From positions 32,001-96,000 of the forward strand of contig JBBRNJ010000011.1 of assembly GCA_038230375.1 (NCBI GenBank): DNA of 64,000 bases, read 5' to 3'. The stretch comes from Polyangiales bacterium (GTDB lineage Bacteria > Myxococcota_A > Polyangia > Polyangiales > Polyangiaceae). Of the stretch, positions 35,832 through 45,108 are shown piece by piece; position 1 is the first letter of the stretch; every line of letters begins with the position of its first letter. Below the pieces are notes generated by a model. It saw only the letters and a list, made by a program, of their open reading frames with translations, ran no database searches and had not been told where the DNA came from. The translations under genes and the position numbers were made by a program.

Positions 35832-36576
35832 CCGCGTCGCGGATGGCGGACGCCTCGAATGGCTTGTCGATGCGCGGGTTCGGCACGTTCGCGAGAAAAT
35901 CGCGCGCGCGCTTGGTGAAGGCGCCGCCCGTGACGAACACGAAGCGCTGACGCAGGAGCGGGTGGTCGCGGCTCACCATCTCGAAGAGGTCGACGCCGGA
36001 CATGCCAGGCATCATCACGTCGCACAGGATCACGTCGAAGCGCTCCTTCTGCAGGAGCATCATGGCCTGTTCCGCGTCCGTCACGTGCACCACGTCGTGG
36101 TCGCGCAGGATGCGCCGTACGACATTGCCGATGACGATCTCGTCGTCCACGACCAGCACGCGGCGTCGCGTCACGCCAATGTCATGCACGATGCTGGCGC
36201 GCTCCGACACGCGAACGAGCACCGCGGGGGCACCGTCGTAGAGGGTGGCGGAGCATGCGGTCTCCACGTGCTGCCGTGCTGCGTCGGAGGACCGAGGTGC
36301 TGGGCGCTGGAGGATGAAGGTGCGTGGGGGAGCGGTTCCGTCGGTGAGGGCAACCGCCATGGCGGAGACCTCGCCGTCGCGCGTGTCCGTGGGCAACAGG
36401 TCTGCGTACGAGCGGCCGAGCAGCTCGGTGACGGGTACCTGGAAGAACATGGCGGCGGGCCCGTTGACATGGACGATGTGCCCATCGGCAACGACGAGCA
36501 TCGGCGCGGTGCTGCCATCGATCAATGCGCGAACACCGCGTTCAAGGGAGCCAAGAAATGCGTCACTCATCTTCAT
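35803..36576 (-). CDS. PAS-like plus response-regulator receiver protein, no kinase core
   Basis: N-terminal IVHVNGPA...ELLG PAS-like segment. Receiver VLVVDDE, DVMMPGMSG, VTGG, KPF. Confidence 0.85.
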   Translation of the reverse strand: MKMSDAFLGSLERGVRALIDGSTAPMLVVADGHIVHVNGPAAMFFQVPVTELLGRSYADLLPTDTRDGEVSAMAVALTDGTAPPRTFILQRPAPRSSDAARQHVETACSATLYDGAPAVLVRVSERASIVHDIGVTRRRVLVVDDEIVIGNVVRRILRDHDVVHVTDAEQAMMLLQKERFDVILCDVMMPGMSGVDLFEMVSRDHPLLRQRFVFVTGGAFTKRARDFLANVPNPRIDKPFEASAIRDAVTSLSALPH

Positions 36577-36867
36577 CTCTGCGAGACCCCCGAGGCATCA
36601 GCGGGCAAGGTACCCATCAGACAACGAGCCTCGCTCCTCGGAGGGAGTCGGTCAAGGCTCGCGGACCGAAAAGTCCTCACGATTTTCAAAAAAAAGCGAC
36701 GTGATGTTTCGGCTACACCGCGCTCCTCCGGCCCTGCGTGGCGTCTGCGCGCGGATGGCCGCACGCGAAACGGGGGTGACCAGATCGGCCAGATGGAGTG
36801 TATGCTGGCACCGCGTGGCGTCTGCCCCCTGCGTTCCCCTGTCTTCCCGCTGTCGGAGCCCCGAACC

Positions 36868-37341
36868 ATGAGCAAGCACGAAAAGGCCCTCGCCGAACTC
36901 GAGAAACACGCAACGGAAATCCTTGCCGAGCTCGGCGCCGCCGATCAGTCTCGCGTCTTTGCGCTCGCCATCGAAGCGGGCGTCCTCGCGGCGATGTCGG
37001 ACGGCACGATGGATGCCGAGGAGAAGGCCACGCTCGTCCGCGCCGTCGAGCTCGTCTCCAAGGGCGCCGTCATCGAGTGGGAGACCGAGACGCTCGTGGA
37101 CGAATGTATCGCCCGCGCAAAGGCGGACGGGGCAGACAAGCGCGCGCAGGCAGTGGGCGAGGCGCTCGCCGAACTGAAGCAAGCGGAGGCTGCCGTGCTC
37201 ATCGCGGGCGTCGTGGCCGCGGCCACGGGCGGCGTGGACAAGGCCGAGGCCGAGGCCATCCGCGCCGTGGCGAAGGCCGCCGGCGTCACCGCGGACAAGA
37301 CGAAGGCGATCCTGAAGCGCGCGGCGACGTTCGCGGGCTAG
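36868..37341 (+). CDS. TerB-family (tellurite-resistance-like) protein
   Basis: Start re-picked at ATG 36868. AMSDGTMDAEE and AATGGVDKAEAEAI duplicated TerB-type motifs. Confidence 0.72.
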   Translation: MSKHEKALAELEKHATEILAELGAADQSRVFALAIEAGVLAAMSDGTMDAEEKATLVRAVELVSKGAVIEWETETLVDECIARAKADGADKRAQAVGEALAELKQAEAAVLIAGVVAAATGGVDKAEAEAIRAVAKAAGVTADKTKAILKRAATFAG

Positions 37342-37354
37342 CCACACCCCGCCG

Positions 37355-38548
37355 TCACAACGACTCGCGAACGTACGCTTCGATCCTTCGCGCGCCTTCC
37401 GCGAAGTCCTCCTCGGAGCTCAGCAGCGAGAGCACGAGGTACGCCTCGTCCGTGAAGTCGAAGAACATGCCCGGATGAGTGTAGACTGCATGTTTCGCCA
37501 GGAGCTCCTCGGCGATCTGGTGCTCTGGCTTGGTCCGCGGAAGGCGAAGCGTCACGTACCAGCCGCCTTCGACATGAAGCACGTTCGCGGCGGAGGTGAA
37601 CGTGCGGAGCGCCATCTCGCGGTTCGCGAGCGTGCGAGCCTTGATCGCGTCGCGCACCGGCGCATGCGTGACGAGCAGCCGCGGAGCGCGATGCTGGATG
37701 AAGCTGCCAACGTTCAGGTACGTGTCGAGCACGAGCTCCAGCCGCTCCTTCGCCTGCGAGACGAGCGCGGGCTCGCCGGCGACCGCGATCCACGCGAGCT
37801 TCGCCTGCGGCAACCCCACGAGCTTTGACAGCCCGCCGAGCGAGAAGAGAAGCCCGCGCCGCTCTCCCGCGACGGTCAAGACGCGCGTCGCGTCCGGCGC
37901 GAAGCCGTAACGCGAGAAGACCTCGTCCACGATCAGCGGCAGACCAAGCGCGAGAAGGGCATCAAGCTCGGTGCGCTTCAGGAACGAGCCGGTCGGATTG
38001 TTCGGCGACACGAGCACGATCGCGCGCGTTCGCTCGGTGATCGCGCGCGCCACAAGGGTCGCCTCGATGTGCCACGCGCCGTCGTACGACAGCGGACACG
38101 CGACCAGCCGCACGCCCGCGAACCGCGCGAGATACGAGAACAGCGGGTAGCTCGGCACGAGGATGATGACCTCGTCGCCGTCGTCGCAGAGCACGGTGAA
38201 GAGGTGGCCGTACGCCTCGCTCGTGCTCGCGGTCAGGATGATGTCGTCCGGGTCCACCGCGGCGCCATCGACCGCGTATTCCGCGGCGATCGCCTCGCGT
38301 GCCGCGCGAAGGCCGAACGCCAGCGGCGCGTACGGCGCATCGGTGGCTGGGTCCGCTTCGCCAGGCTCGGTCGCACCGAACCCAGCCGGGTAGGGGATGC
38401 CAGCGGTAGTCGGGTTGCCTTGCGTGAGGTTCAGCACAGGGCCGCGCACCCGCATCTCCGCGAGCAGCACGGACAGAGCGTTCGGCGTGGGATCGTGTGA
38501 CGTCCGGGTCGAGAACCGGGGGCCGGGTGTTGTAGCCTTGACGGGCAT
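37355..38548 (-). CDS. PLP-dependent aminotransferase, class I/II
   Basis: PSYP, SPNNPTG, DEVF, GLSKLVGLPQAKLAW (PLP lysine). Confidence 0.92.
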   Translation of the reverse strand: MPVKATTPGPRFSTRTSHDPTPNALSVLLAEMRVRGPVLNLTQGNPTTAGIPYPAGFGATEPGEADPATDAPYAPLAFGLRAAREAIAAEYAVDGAAVDPDDIILTASTSEAYGHLFTVLCDDGDEVIILVPSYPLFSYLARFAGVRLVACPLSYDGAWHIEATLVARAITERTRAIVLVSPNNPTGSFLKRTELDALLALGLPLIVDEVFSRYGFAPDATRVLTVAGERRGLLFSLGGLSKLVGLPQAKLAWIAVAGEPALVSQAKERLELVLDTYLNVGSFIQHRAPRLLVTHAPVRDAIKARTLANREMALRTFTSAANVLHVEGGWYVTLRLPRTKPEHQIAEELLAKHAVYTHPGMFFDFTDEAYLVLSLLSSEEDFAEGARRIEAYVRESL

Positions 38549-39260
38549 GAGCAAGGTCAGGGTCGGTACGAGCGGGTTTTCGTATGCCGGGTGGTTCGGC
38601 AGCTTCTACCCGGAGGATCTCCGGAAGGACGAGCTGCTCTCCTACTACGCGAAGCACTTCGACACCTGCGAGATCCACAACACGTTCTACAAGATGCCGT
38701 CGCCGAAGCTGGTCGCGGGCTGGGCGGGCCAGGTGCCTGCCGCGTTCTCCTTCGCGCTCAAGGCGTCGCTGAAGATCACGCACCTCCGACGCCTCAAGGA
38801 AACCGCGCCGTTCGTGACCGAGTTTGCGCGCGCGCACAAGGAGCTCGGCAAGCGCACGGGGCCCGTTCTCTTCCAGCTGCCGCCATACCTGAAGAAGGAC
38901 GTGCCGCTCCTCACGCAGCTCTTCAAGACAGTGGGGACCAAGATGCGCCTCGCGATGGAGTTCGGGAACGACACGTGGCTCGATGAAGAGGTGTTCGACG
39001 TGCTGCGCGAGCGCAACGCCGCCCTCGTCTGCGTGGACGACGAGAAGCGGCCGCTCGCGTTCCAGCCGGTGGGGACGCTCGCATACGTGCGTCTCCGCAG
39101 ACCGAAGTACTCACGTGCGGACCTGGCGGCATGGGCAGAGCGCGTGAGCGATCCGCAGTTTTCCGACGGCGCCTACGTGTTCTTCAAGCACGAGGACGAA
39201 GGCAAGGCCCCCGACCTCGCGCAGCGCTTCAAGGACGCGGTGGAGATGCGGGAGGCGTAG
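38547..39260 (+). CDS. DUF72 (YecE-like TIM-barrel) protein
   Basis: VGTSGFSY..W.GSFYP, EIHNTFY, LFQLPP, YVRLR. Confidence 0.9.
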   Translation: MSKVRVGTSGFSYAGWFGSFYPEDLRKDELLSYYAKHFDTCEIHNTFYKMPSPKLVAGWAGQVPAAFSFALKASLKITHLRRLKETAPFVTEFARAHKELGKRTGPVLFQLPPYLKKDVPLLTQLFKTVGTKMRLAMEFGNDTWLDEEVFDVLRERNAALVCVDDEKRPLAFQPVGTLAYVRLRRPKYSRADLAAWAERVSDPQFSDGAYVFFKHEDEGKAPDLAQRFKDAVEMREA

Positions 39261-39299
39261 ACGCTGCCGGCACGACCAGGAAATGCTAGCCTTCGCGGC

Positions 39300-39692
39300 A
39301 TGAACCCGGCGGGTGGAGGCTACGGACAAGGTGGAGGCTACGGACAGGGCGCTCCGCCGCCCACGCCCGATCAGCCAGGCCGCATCGAGCTGAACCTGGG
39401 CTTCAACCCGATGCAGCTGTTCCTTCACGGCGTGACACCGAAGGTCTCCGTGAACCAGCATCCGGTCGCCGCGCGCTGGGGCCGCATGGGCTTCGACATG
39501 CCGCCCGGCAGTCACCACGTGTTCTGCGCGTTCCCGTACCTCTTCTCCGACAATGCCGGGTCCGCGCAGATGATGGTTCCTGTCTACCCGGGCCACGTCA
39601 CGGTGGTCGCGTACGACGCGCCGGGCCTCATGTTCCTGAACGGCTCGATCCGCATCGTGAATACGGTGCCCATGATGCAGTACGGCCGATAG
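39300..39692 (+). CDS. Hypothetical protein with GGGYGQ repeats and a small beta-rich domain
   Basis: 130 aa, typical codon usage, TAGCCT -10 box 7 nt upstream. Confidence 0.7.
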   Translation: MNPAGGGYGQGGGYGQGAPPPTPDQPGRIELNLGFNPMQLFLHGVTPKVSVNQHPVAARWGRMGFDMPPGSHHVFCAFPYLFSDNAGSAQMMVPVYPGHVTVVAYDAPGLMFLNGSIRIVNTVPMMQYGR

Positions 39693-39743
39693 CAAAGCAT
39701 TTCGGGCTGCAGCATATGGCGAATCGCGTGTAGGATGCACGCC

Positions 39744-41246
39744 ATGAACAGGGCTCGTAACCATGTGCTCCTCGCGCTTCTCGCCGTCATGGCGGTCTCC
39801 CAGGTCGGCTGCAAGAAGAAGGCAGCCAACGCCTGGAAGCTGCCGGTAGACGCGAAGCAGCTGCCGTCCACCACCACCGTGCTCGAGGCCGAGCAAGTGG
39901 AGGGCGCGCGCGAGACCGACCCGCACCTGAAGGACGTCTTCACCGCCGCGGAGCTGGGCGCGGAGGTCTGTCGCGAAGGCGTGATCGATCCGGCGCACGA
40001 GCTCGAGGTGATGACCCTGCTCGGTCCGGCGGACGCAAAGAAGTTCTTCAAGGCAGAGAACCTGGAGCAGGTGCGGTTGCTCATGGAGTGCGGCGGCGTG
40101 CTCGGGGCGAGCCTGGAGAGCCAGTTCCAGACGGCGATCGGCTTCGTGGATGACTCGGGCGCAAAGGCCGAGGTCGACGTCCTGCAGCTGAAGCTCACGG
40201 ACCTGCCGCCGAAGTATGGCCTCACGAAGCGCTCGTTCAGCACGCTCGATGGGTTCTGTCGCACGAGCGATCCGAAGGACGCCACGAAGACCGTGGAGTG
40301 CGGGCCCACGTCTGACGCCGCGCTCAAGTCGGGCACCTCCTGGTTCCTCGGGAAGCGCGGGGAGCTGGATCAGATCTCGAAGACGATCGCCACACCCAAG
40401 GCGGAGCTCTCCACGCAGCTCGCCGCGCTCAACGATGCAGCGAACGAGCTCGAGGGCCTCAGCTCTTCGCGCATCGAGGCGCAGCTCACCACCGCAAAGC
40501 CGTTCCTTGCGGCGCCGTGCGCATGGGGTGCATTCCAGTCGGCGGGCAAGACGGACGAGTTCCTACAGGGCTGCTTCCCCACCAGCGACGAGAAGACCAT
40601 CCAGGACATCGACTCCAAGCTCCGCGCGGCGGCCTTCGAGATCGAGCCCGACGTGCTGAAGCAGAACGCCGTGCACGGTGGCGTCGTGCTCGTCGCGCGC
40701 GACGACGACGCGGCCAAGGCCGTGGAGAAGGACGCGAACGATCTGGTCGTCGACTGGAAGGCGCAGCTGGAGAACAACGACGCGAAGCTCGCGAAGCAGG
40801 CCAAGTCGAACCCCATCAGCCTGCGCCAGCGCAGCTGGGCCATCATCGTTGACAACTTCTCGCGCGCCTTGCAGAAGACCAAGGTCACGCGCGCCGGGCG
40901 TGTCGTGAAGATGCAGTTCAACGAGCCGCTTGCGGCCGAGGACGTGCGCGATCTCCAGGAGGCCCGCAAGGACGCGCTCGACCAGCGCACCGCTGTCGCT
41001 GACATCCTCTCGGCCATCCAGACCAAGCAGGCCGTGCCGCTCGCGGCGCTGACCAAGCTGGTCGGTGCGCCCTGGGCCACGTACCTGGTTGCGGAGACCA
41101 CGTGGGATCCGAAGAACCTGCCGGCGCAGTGCACGGCCAAGAAGCCGCCGGGCAAGAAGCTCCCGCCCGATCCCGCATGCGTCGCGCCGGTCGAGCCGCC
41201 GCACGCGCAGTTCGGCGCGGGCGTGAAGGTGGCCGGCTCGAAGTAA
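39744..41246 (+). CDS. Hypothetical lipoprotein
   Basis: Signal peptide with VGC lipobox, strong GC3 codon bias, no recognised catalytic motif. Confidence 0.8.
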   Translation: MNRARNHVLLALLAVMAVSQVGCKKKAANAWKLPVDAKQLPSTTTVLEAEQVEGARETDPHLKDVFTAAELGAEVCREGVIDPAHELEVMTLLGPADAKKFFKAENLEQVRLLMECGGVLGASLESQFQTAIGFVDDSGAKAEVDVLQLKLTDLPPKYGLTKRSFSTLDGFCRTSDPKDATKTVECGPTSDAALKSGTSWFLGKRGELDQISKTIATPKAELSTQLAALNDAANELEGLSSSRIEAQLTTAKPFLAAPCAWGAFQSAGKTDEFLQGCFPTSDEKTIQDIDSKLRAAAFEIEPDVLKQNAVHGGVVLVARDDDAAKAVEKDANDLVVDWKAQLENNDAKLAKQAKSNPISLRQRSWAIIVDNFSRALQKTKVTRAGRVVKMQFNEPLAAEDVRDLQEARKDALDQRTAVADILSAIQTKQAVPLAALTKLVGAPWATYLVAETTWDPKNLPAQCTAKKPPGKKLPPDPACVAPVEPPHAQFGAGVKVAGSK

Positions 41247-41299
41247 AAGGGGCGCGAGATCGACTTCAGCTCTGGGGAAAAAGAGCTACCCTCATCTCT

Positions 41300-41755
41300 A
41301 TGAACTACGGCGCACCCCCTCCTCCTGGCGGCTACGGCGGACCTCCTCCTGGTGGCTACGGCGCGCCTCCTCCCGGTGGCTACGGTGCGCCTCCTGCTGG
41401 TGGCTACGGCGCGCCGCCGTCTCCGCACGGCGTTCCGGGCAATGGCGCGCCAGGCATGGTCTCGTACGGCAACGGACCGATGGGCATGCAGATGGGCGCG
41501 CCCTACGGCATCGATCCCATCAGCGGGATGCCGTTCTCCGACAAGTCGAAGATGGTCGCGGGTCTCCTGCAGCTCTTCGCCGGCGCCTTCGGCATCGGCC
41601 GCTTCTACACGGGCCACATCGGTCTTGCGATCGCGCAGATTGTCGTCGTGTGGGCCACGTGCGGAATCGGCATCGTGTGGCCGATGATCGACGGCATCAT
41701 GATGCTGACGGGCCGAGTAACCGACGCGCAAGGCCGCCCCCTCCGCGACGGCTGA
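41300..41755 (+). CDS. TM2-domain membrane protein with PPPGGYG low-complexity N-terminus
   Basis: KSKMVAGLLQLFAGAFGIGRFYTG TM2 signature; start re-picked at ATG 41300. Confidence 0.9.
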   Translation: MNYGAPPPPGGYGGPPPGGYGAPPPGGYGAPPAGGYGAPPSPHGVPGNGAPGMVSYGNGPMGMQMGAPYGIDPISGMPFSDKSKMVAGLLQLFAGAFGIGRFYTGHIGLAIAQIVVVWATCGIGIVWPMIDGIMMLTGRVTDAQGRPLRDG

Positions 41756-41952
41756 AACAGCGCCGCCTCGAGCCGGGGGCATCCCGGGAGGCTTCGTTTT
41801 TCCCCCGTCGGGGATCACGAAGCGCGTGGGCTGCGCTCCGTGCTCACGTACAAGAGTACGCTCCGCGCGGTGCTCGCCCAAAGCACCCCGTCGGGTATCA
41901 CGAAGCGCGTCCTCGCCTGCCGGGCGCCTCCGGCTCGATCCGACGCTGTTTC
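41754..41952. repeat. ~200-bp palindromic intergenic element (MITE/REP-like or structured RNA)
   Basis: Imperfect ~39-bp terminal inverted repeats (41754-41792 / 41915-41952). Two 25-bp direct repeats (41803-41827, 41886-41910, one mismatch). Central core 41839-41869. Confidence 0.75.
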
Positions 41953-42184
41953 CGTGAGGGCTGGGGGATCGTTCGCGTCGCCCAATAGCGGGATTGAGCC
42001 GCCGCCACATCTTGAGTTCAGTGTTGCGTGTATTATGCATGTAATGCGCGCGAACGAGCTACGAAGAGAGCCACTTCAATTCTCGTTCGAGTTCGATGCT
42101 GGATGCCGCCAGTGTTTCGGCGTCAGCGGACCACCAACCCTGCTCACGACATCTAGAGAGGGTTTGTTCGGATGGCGCAATGCG

Positions 42185-42724
42185 TTAGTCGGCGGCCCAA
42201 ACCTGTCGGAAAGATATCCCGTTCAACTGCGCTGATCGGGCGCAAGGAATGGCTCTCAGTCCACGGGTGAGCTGTGTGACCTTGAAGATGGACGCGCTGG
42301 CGTGTGCCAAAGCTTCGAGCCGAAAAGCAGGCCGTTCGATGCGCAGGATCTTACCAGCCCCGTTCCGCAGCAATTGCGATCGCTCCTCATCGAGTACGTC
42401 GACCACACGCGTCACGTTGAAGGCGAAGAGCGGAGCCTCGCTCTCATCACGGAGTGGCAATACCTCACCGCTCTGCAGAAGCAGGTCGGATAGCGCGTCG
42501 ACTGCCCGCTGGCGGATGATCAGCATCTCCCCCCCAGAGCAAGATGGAAAGTCTGACGGCTCGCGGCGAGTGCCGCGTTCATCTACAAGAACTCGCCGCA
42601 TTGGTACGGACGACCACGACGTTGCTCGCGGCTGTCCGTCGAAGCGGAGCAGATCATAGTCTTCCGCGCGTACTGGCAGCACCCATTCAAAGCCTTCCGG
42701 CGCATCGATCGCGAAAACCTTCAC
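42185..42724 (-). CDS. Probable polymorphic-toxin immunity protein (Imm11/DUF1629-like), possibly degenerate
   Basis: GTG 42724 overlaps an upstream TGA. SDFP...IIRQRAVDALSDLL..GEVLPL...FNVTRVVDVLDEERS...IFK pattern; atypical codon usage. Confidence 0.55.
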   Translation of the reverse strand: MKVFAIDAPEGFEWVLPVRAEDYDLLRFDGQPRATSWSSVPMRRVLVDERGTRREPSDFPSCSGGEMLIIRQRAVDALSDLLLQSGEVLPLRDESEAPLFAFNVTRVVDVLDEERSQLLRNGAGKILRIERPAFRLEALAHASASIFKVTQLTRGLRAIPCARSAQLNGISFRQVWAAD

Positions 42725-42930
42725 CGCGATCCCTTTCGTGCCCAGCCACTGCTGCGAAGGTCCAGGCAATGTCTCCGCGAAACGCATACACGTCCTCTTG
42801 GCTGGCCGCGGTGGCGAGAGCTGCGTTTCGAGAGTGTGCACCTCTCTGTGTAGACCCACCCCGGGTACGCGTCGTTCTCCGCGTAGTGAATGGGTGGTGA
42901 TCCATCCGGAGGGACCAACTTCCGACGAAC
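42721..42930 (-). pseudogene. Possible frameshifted remnant of a toxin C-terminus
   Basis: Fragments in different frames (IHYAENDAYPGWVY; NAALATAASQEDVYAFRGDIA). One frame stops at a TGA overlapping the immunity-like GTG. Confidence 0.3.
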
Positions 42931-42946
42931 TTGGCACTCTCTGCGC

Positions 42947-43366
42947 TCAGTCTCCTGCGACGTGGACTACTAGCCTTCTCGTCTGGGGGGCTCGGCGGTG
43001 CTCTAGTAGGTAGAGGGCTTGCCATACGCCTAGCAGGAGGTCTCCGTCGCCTACGGGGATGGTCTCGCTCGTGCGCGTGACGAGCGCGCGTAGGTGGCCG
43101 GGCATGTCGTCGGGGCCTTCGTCGTCGTGCTCGTAGTGGGAGCCTTCCGGGAAGAGCTTCGCCAGCGCAGTCTCGATGTCTCGCTGCACCGCGGGCGCCG
43201 CGTTCTCCTGGATGCAGAGCGACGCGCTCGTGTGCTGCACGAAGACAGTCACCAGCCCCGCGTGCACCTGCGAGCGCAACACGATGTCACGCACGTTCCG
43301 GGTGATGTCGGTCATCCCCTTGCCATGCGTTGAAACGACGATCGTCTCCTGGTGAACGGTCCCCAT
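42947..43366 (-). CDS. yjbQ: YjbQ/UPF0047 family protein
   Basis: HTSASLCIQEN, YEHDDEGPDDMPGH, LGVWQALYLLEHR. Confidence 0.92.
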   Translation of the reverse strand: MGTVHQETIVVSTHGKGMTDITRNVRDIVLRSQVHAGLVTVFVQHTSASLCIQENAAPAVQRDIETALAKLFPEGSHYEHDDEGPDDMPGHLRALVTRTSETIPVGDGDLLLGVWQALYLLEHRRAPQTRRLVVHVAGD

Positions 43367-43370
43367 GCTG

Positions 43371-44975
43371 CTACCTGAGGAGCACCTTGAGGAGGGTCTC
43401 GAGCGTGCCGCCGTAGGGCGGGAAGAGGAGCGACGTCCCCGACAGGCGCGACTGGTAGAAGACGCCGCGCTTCTTGGAGAACGCGTCGAAGCCTTCCTTC
43501 GCGTGGTAGTGCCCCATGCCGCTCTGGCCGACGCCGCCGAACGGCAGATCATCCTGCGCCACGTGGAGCATGGTCTCGTTGACGGTCACGCCGCCGGACA
43601 AGGTCTCGTCGAGCACGCGCTCGATGCGGCGCTCGTCGTTGTCGAACGTGTAGAGGGCGAGGGGACGCGGCCTGTCGTTGATGTAATCGATCGCGGCGTC
43701 GATGCTCTCGTACGTGACGATGGGCAGGAGCGGTCCGAAGATCTCGTCCTGCATCACCGTCATGTCGTCCTTCGGATCCAGGACCAGGTACGGGTGCAGC
43801 TTGCGCGACTCTTCGGAGAGCTCCTCGCCGCCCGGGTCGAGCTTGACGAGCTTTGCGCCCTTCTCCTCTGCGTCCTTGATGTAGCCGGTGAGCCGCGCGT
43901 AGTGCTTCGGGCTGACGATGCTCGAGTAGTCGGCGTTCGCGCCGAGCTTCGGGTACATCGCCTTCGTTGCGTTCTTGCACTCCTCCACGAACGCATCCAC
44001 GCGGCCCTTCGGCAGGAGCACGTAGTCCGGCGCGACGCAGGTCTGGCCCGCGTTGAACAGCTTGCCCTGCATGATCTTCTTCGCTGCCGTGGCGAGCGAG
44101 AAGCTGGGCGAGACGAGCGCGGGTGACTTGCCGCCGAGCTCCAGCGTGACGGGCGTGAGGTTCTCGGCCGCGGCGCGCATCACCATCCGGCCCACGCTCG
44201 TGGACCCCGTGAAGACCAGGTGATCGAACGGGAGCTTCGAGAATGCGACGCCCTCCTCGATGCCGCCCGTGACGACATGGACGTGGTTCTCGTCGAAGGT
44301 CTCCTTCATCATCTTCGCGAGCAGCTCACTCGTTGCGGGGACGAGCTCGCTCGGCTTGAGCATGGCGCGATTGCCCGCGGCCAGTGCCTGCGCGAGCGGC
44401 GCAATGGCCAGCTGCACGGGGTAGTTCCACGGCGAGATGATGCCGATGACGCCAAGGGGCTGCGTGCGCAGCTCCGCGCGCCCGGGCAGGAACGTGAGCG
44501 CAACGTCGCGCGACTCGGACTCCATCCACGACGCGAGATGCGCACGCGTGTGCTTGATCGCGCCGAGCGTGACGAAGATGTCCGCGACCAGGGTCTCGTG
44601 CGAAGAGCGGCTGCCGAAGTCCTTCGAGATGGCCTTCGCCAGGTCGTCCTTCTTCGCGAGCAGCACGTCCGCCAGCTTGTCCAGGTTGCGCACACGCGCG
44701 TCGTAGTCGGGGATGCCACCCTTGCGCTGCGCCGCCTTCATCTTCGCGAGCCGCGCGCGGAGGTCCGCCTCGACGCTCTCGGCCGTCTTAGGCGCGCTCG
44801 CCGCCTCGACCTTGGCCTCTGCCTTGGCCTCGCCCTTCGCCTCTGCCTTGGCCTCGCCCTTCACCTCTGCCTTGGCCTCTGCCTTCGCCTCTGCGCTGGC
44901 CTCGCCCTCCGCCGTGTTCTCGGCGGCTGCGTCCTTGGTGCTGGTCTTCTGCGTGTGGGGGTCCGCCTGGGTCAT
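43371..44975 (-). CDS. Coniferyl-aldehyde-dehydrogenase-like ALDH (CalB/ALDH3 type) with N-terminal EAKA repeats
   Basis: PWNYP, KPSE, FTGS, LELGGKSP, NAGQTCVAPDY, EIFGP, PFGGVGQSGMGHYH. Start re-picked at ATG 44975. Confidence 0.92.
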   Translation of the reverse strand: MTQADPHTQKTSTKDAAAENTAEGEASAEAKAEAKAEVKGEAKAEAKGEAKAEAKVEAASAPKTAESVEADLRARLAKMKAAQRKGGIPDYDARVRNLDKLADVLLAKKDDLAKAISKDFGSRSSHETLVADIFVTLGAIKHTRAHLASWMESESRDVALTFLPGRAELRTQPLGVIGIISPWNYPVQLAIAPLAQALAAGNRAMLKPSELVPATSELLAKMMKETFDENHVHVVTGGIEEGVAFSKLPFDHLVFTGSTSVGRMVMRAAAENLTPVTLELGGKSPALVSPSFSLATAAKKIMQGKLFNAGQTCVAPDYVLLPKGRVDAFVEECKNATKAMYPKLGANADYSSIVSPKHYARLTGYIKDAEEKGAKLVKLDPGGEELSEESRKLHPYLVLDPKDDMTVMQDEIFGPLLPIVTYESIDAAIDYINDRPRPLALYTFDNDERRIERVLDETLSGGVTVNETMLHVAQDDLPFGGVGQSGMGHYHAKEGFDAFSKKRGVFYQSRLSGTSLLFPPYGGTLETLLKVLLR

Positions 44976-45108
44976 GTCCGGCCTCGTCGTTTTTTCGGGT
45001 GTGAAATCCCGCTTAGAAAGTAACGTAGTCCTTGTAGGTCCGTGTGCAAACCCTACAGATTGTCGGCGCGAGGGCGCGGTCACCCCTCTACGAAAAGGCT
45101 TGGCTTCC

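Noticed and set aside
41803..41910. Two 25-bp direct repeats with a 58-nt spacer, as a possible mini-CRISPR
   Set aside because: Only two units, the spacer is long and is itself a conserved hairpin core, and no cas genes are present. Better explained as part of the palindromic element.
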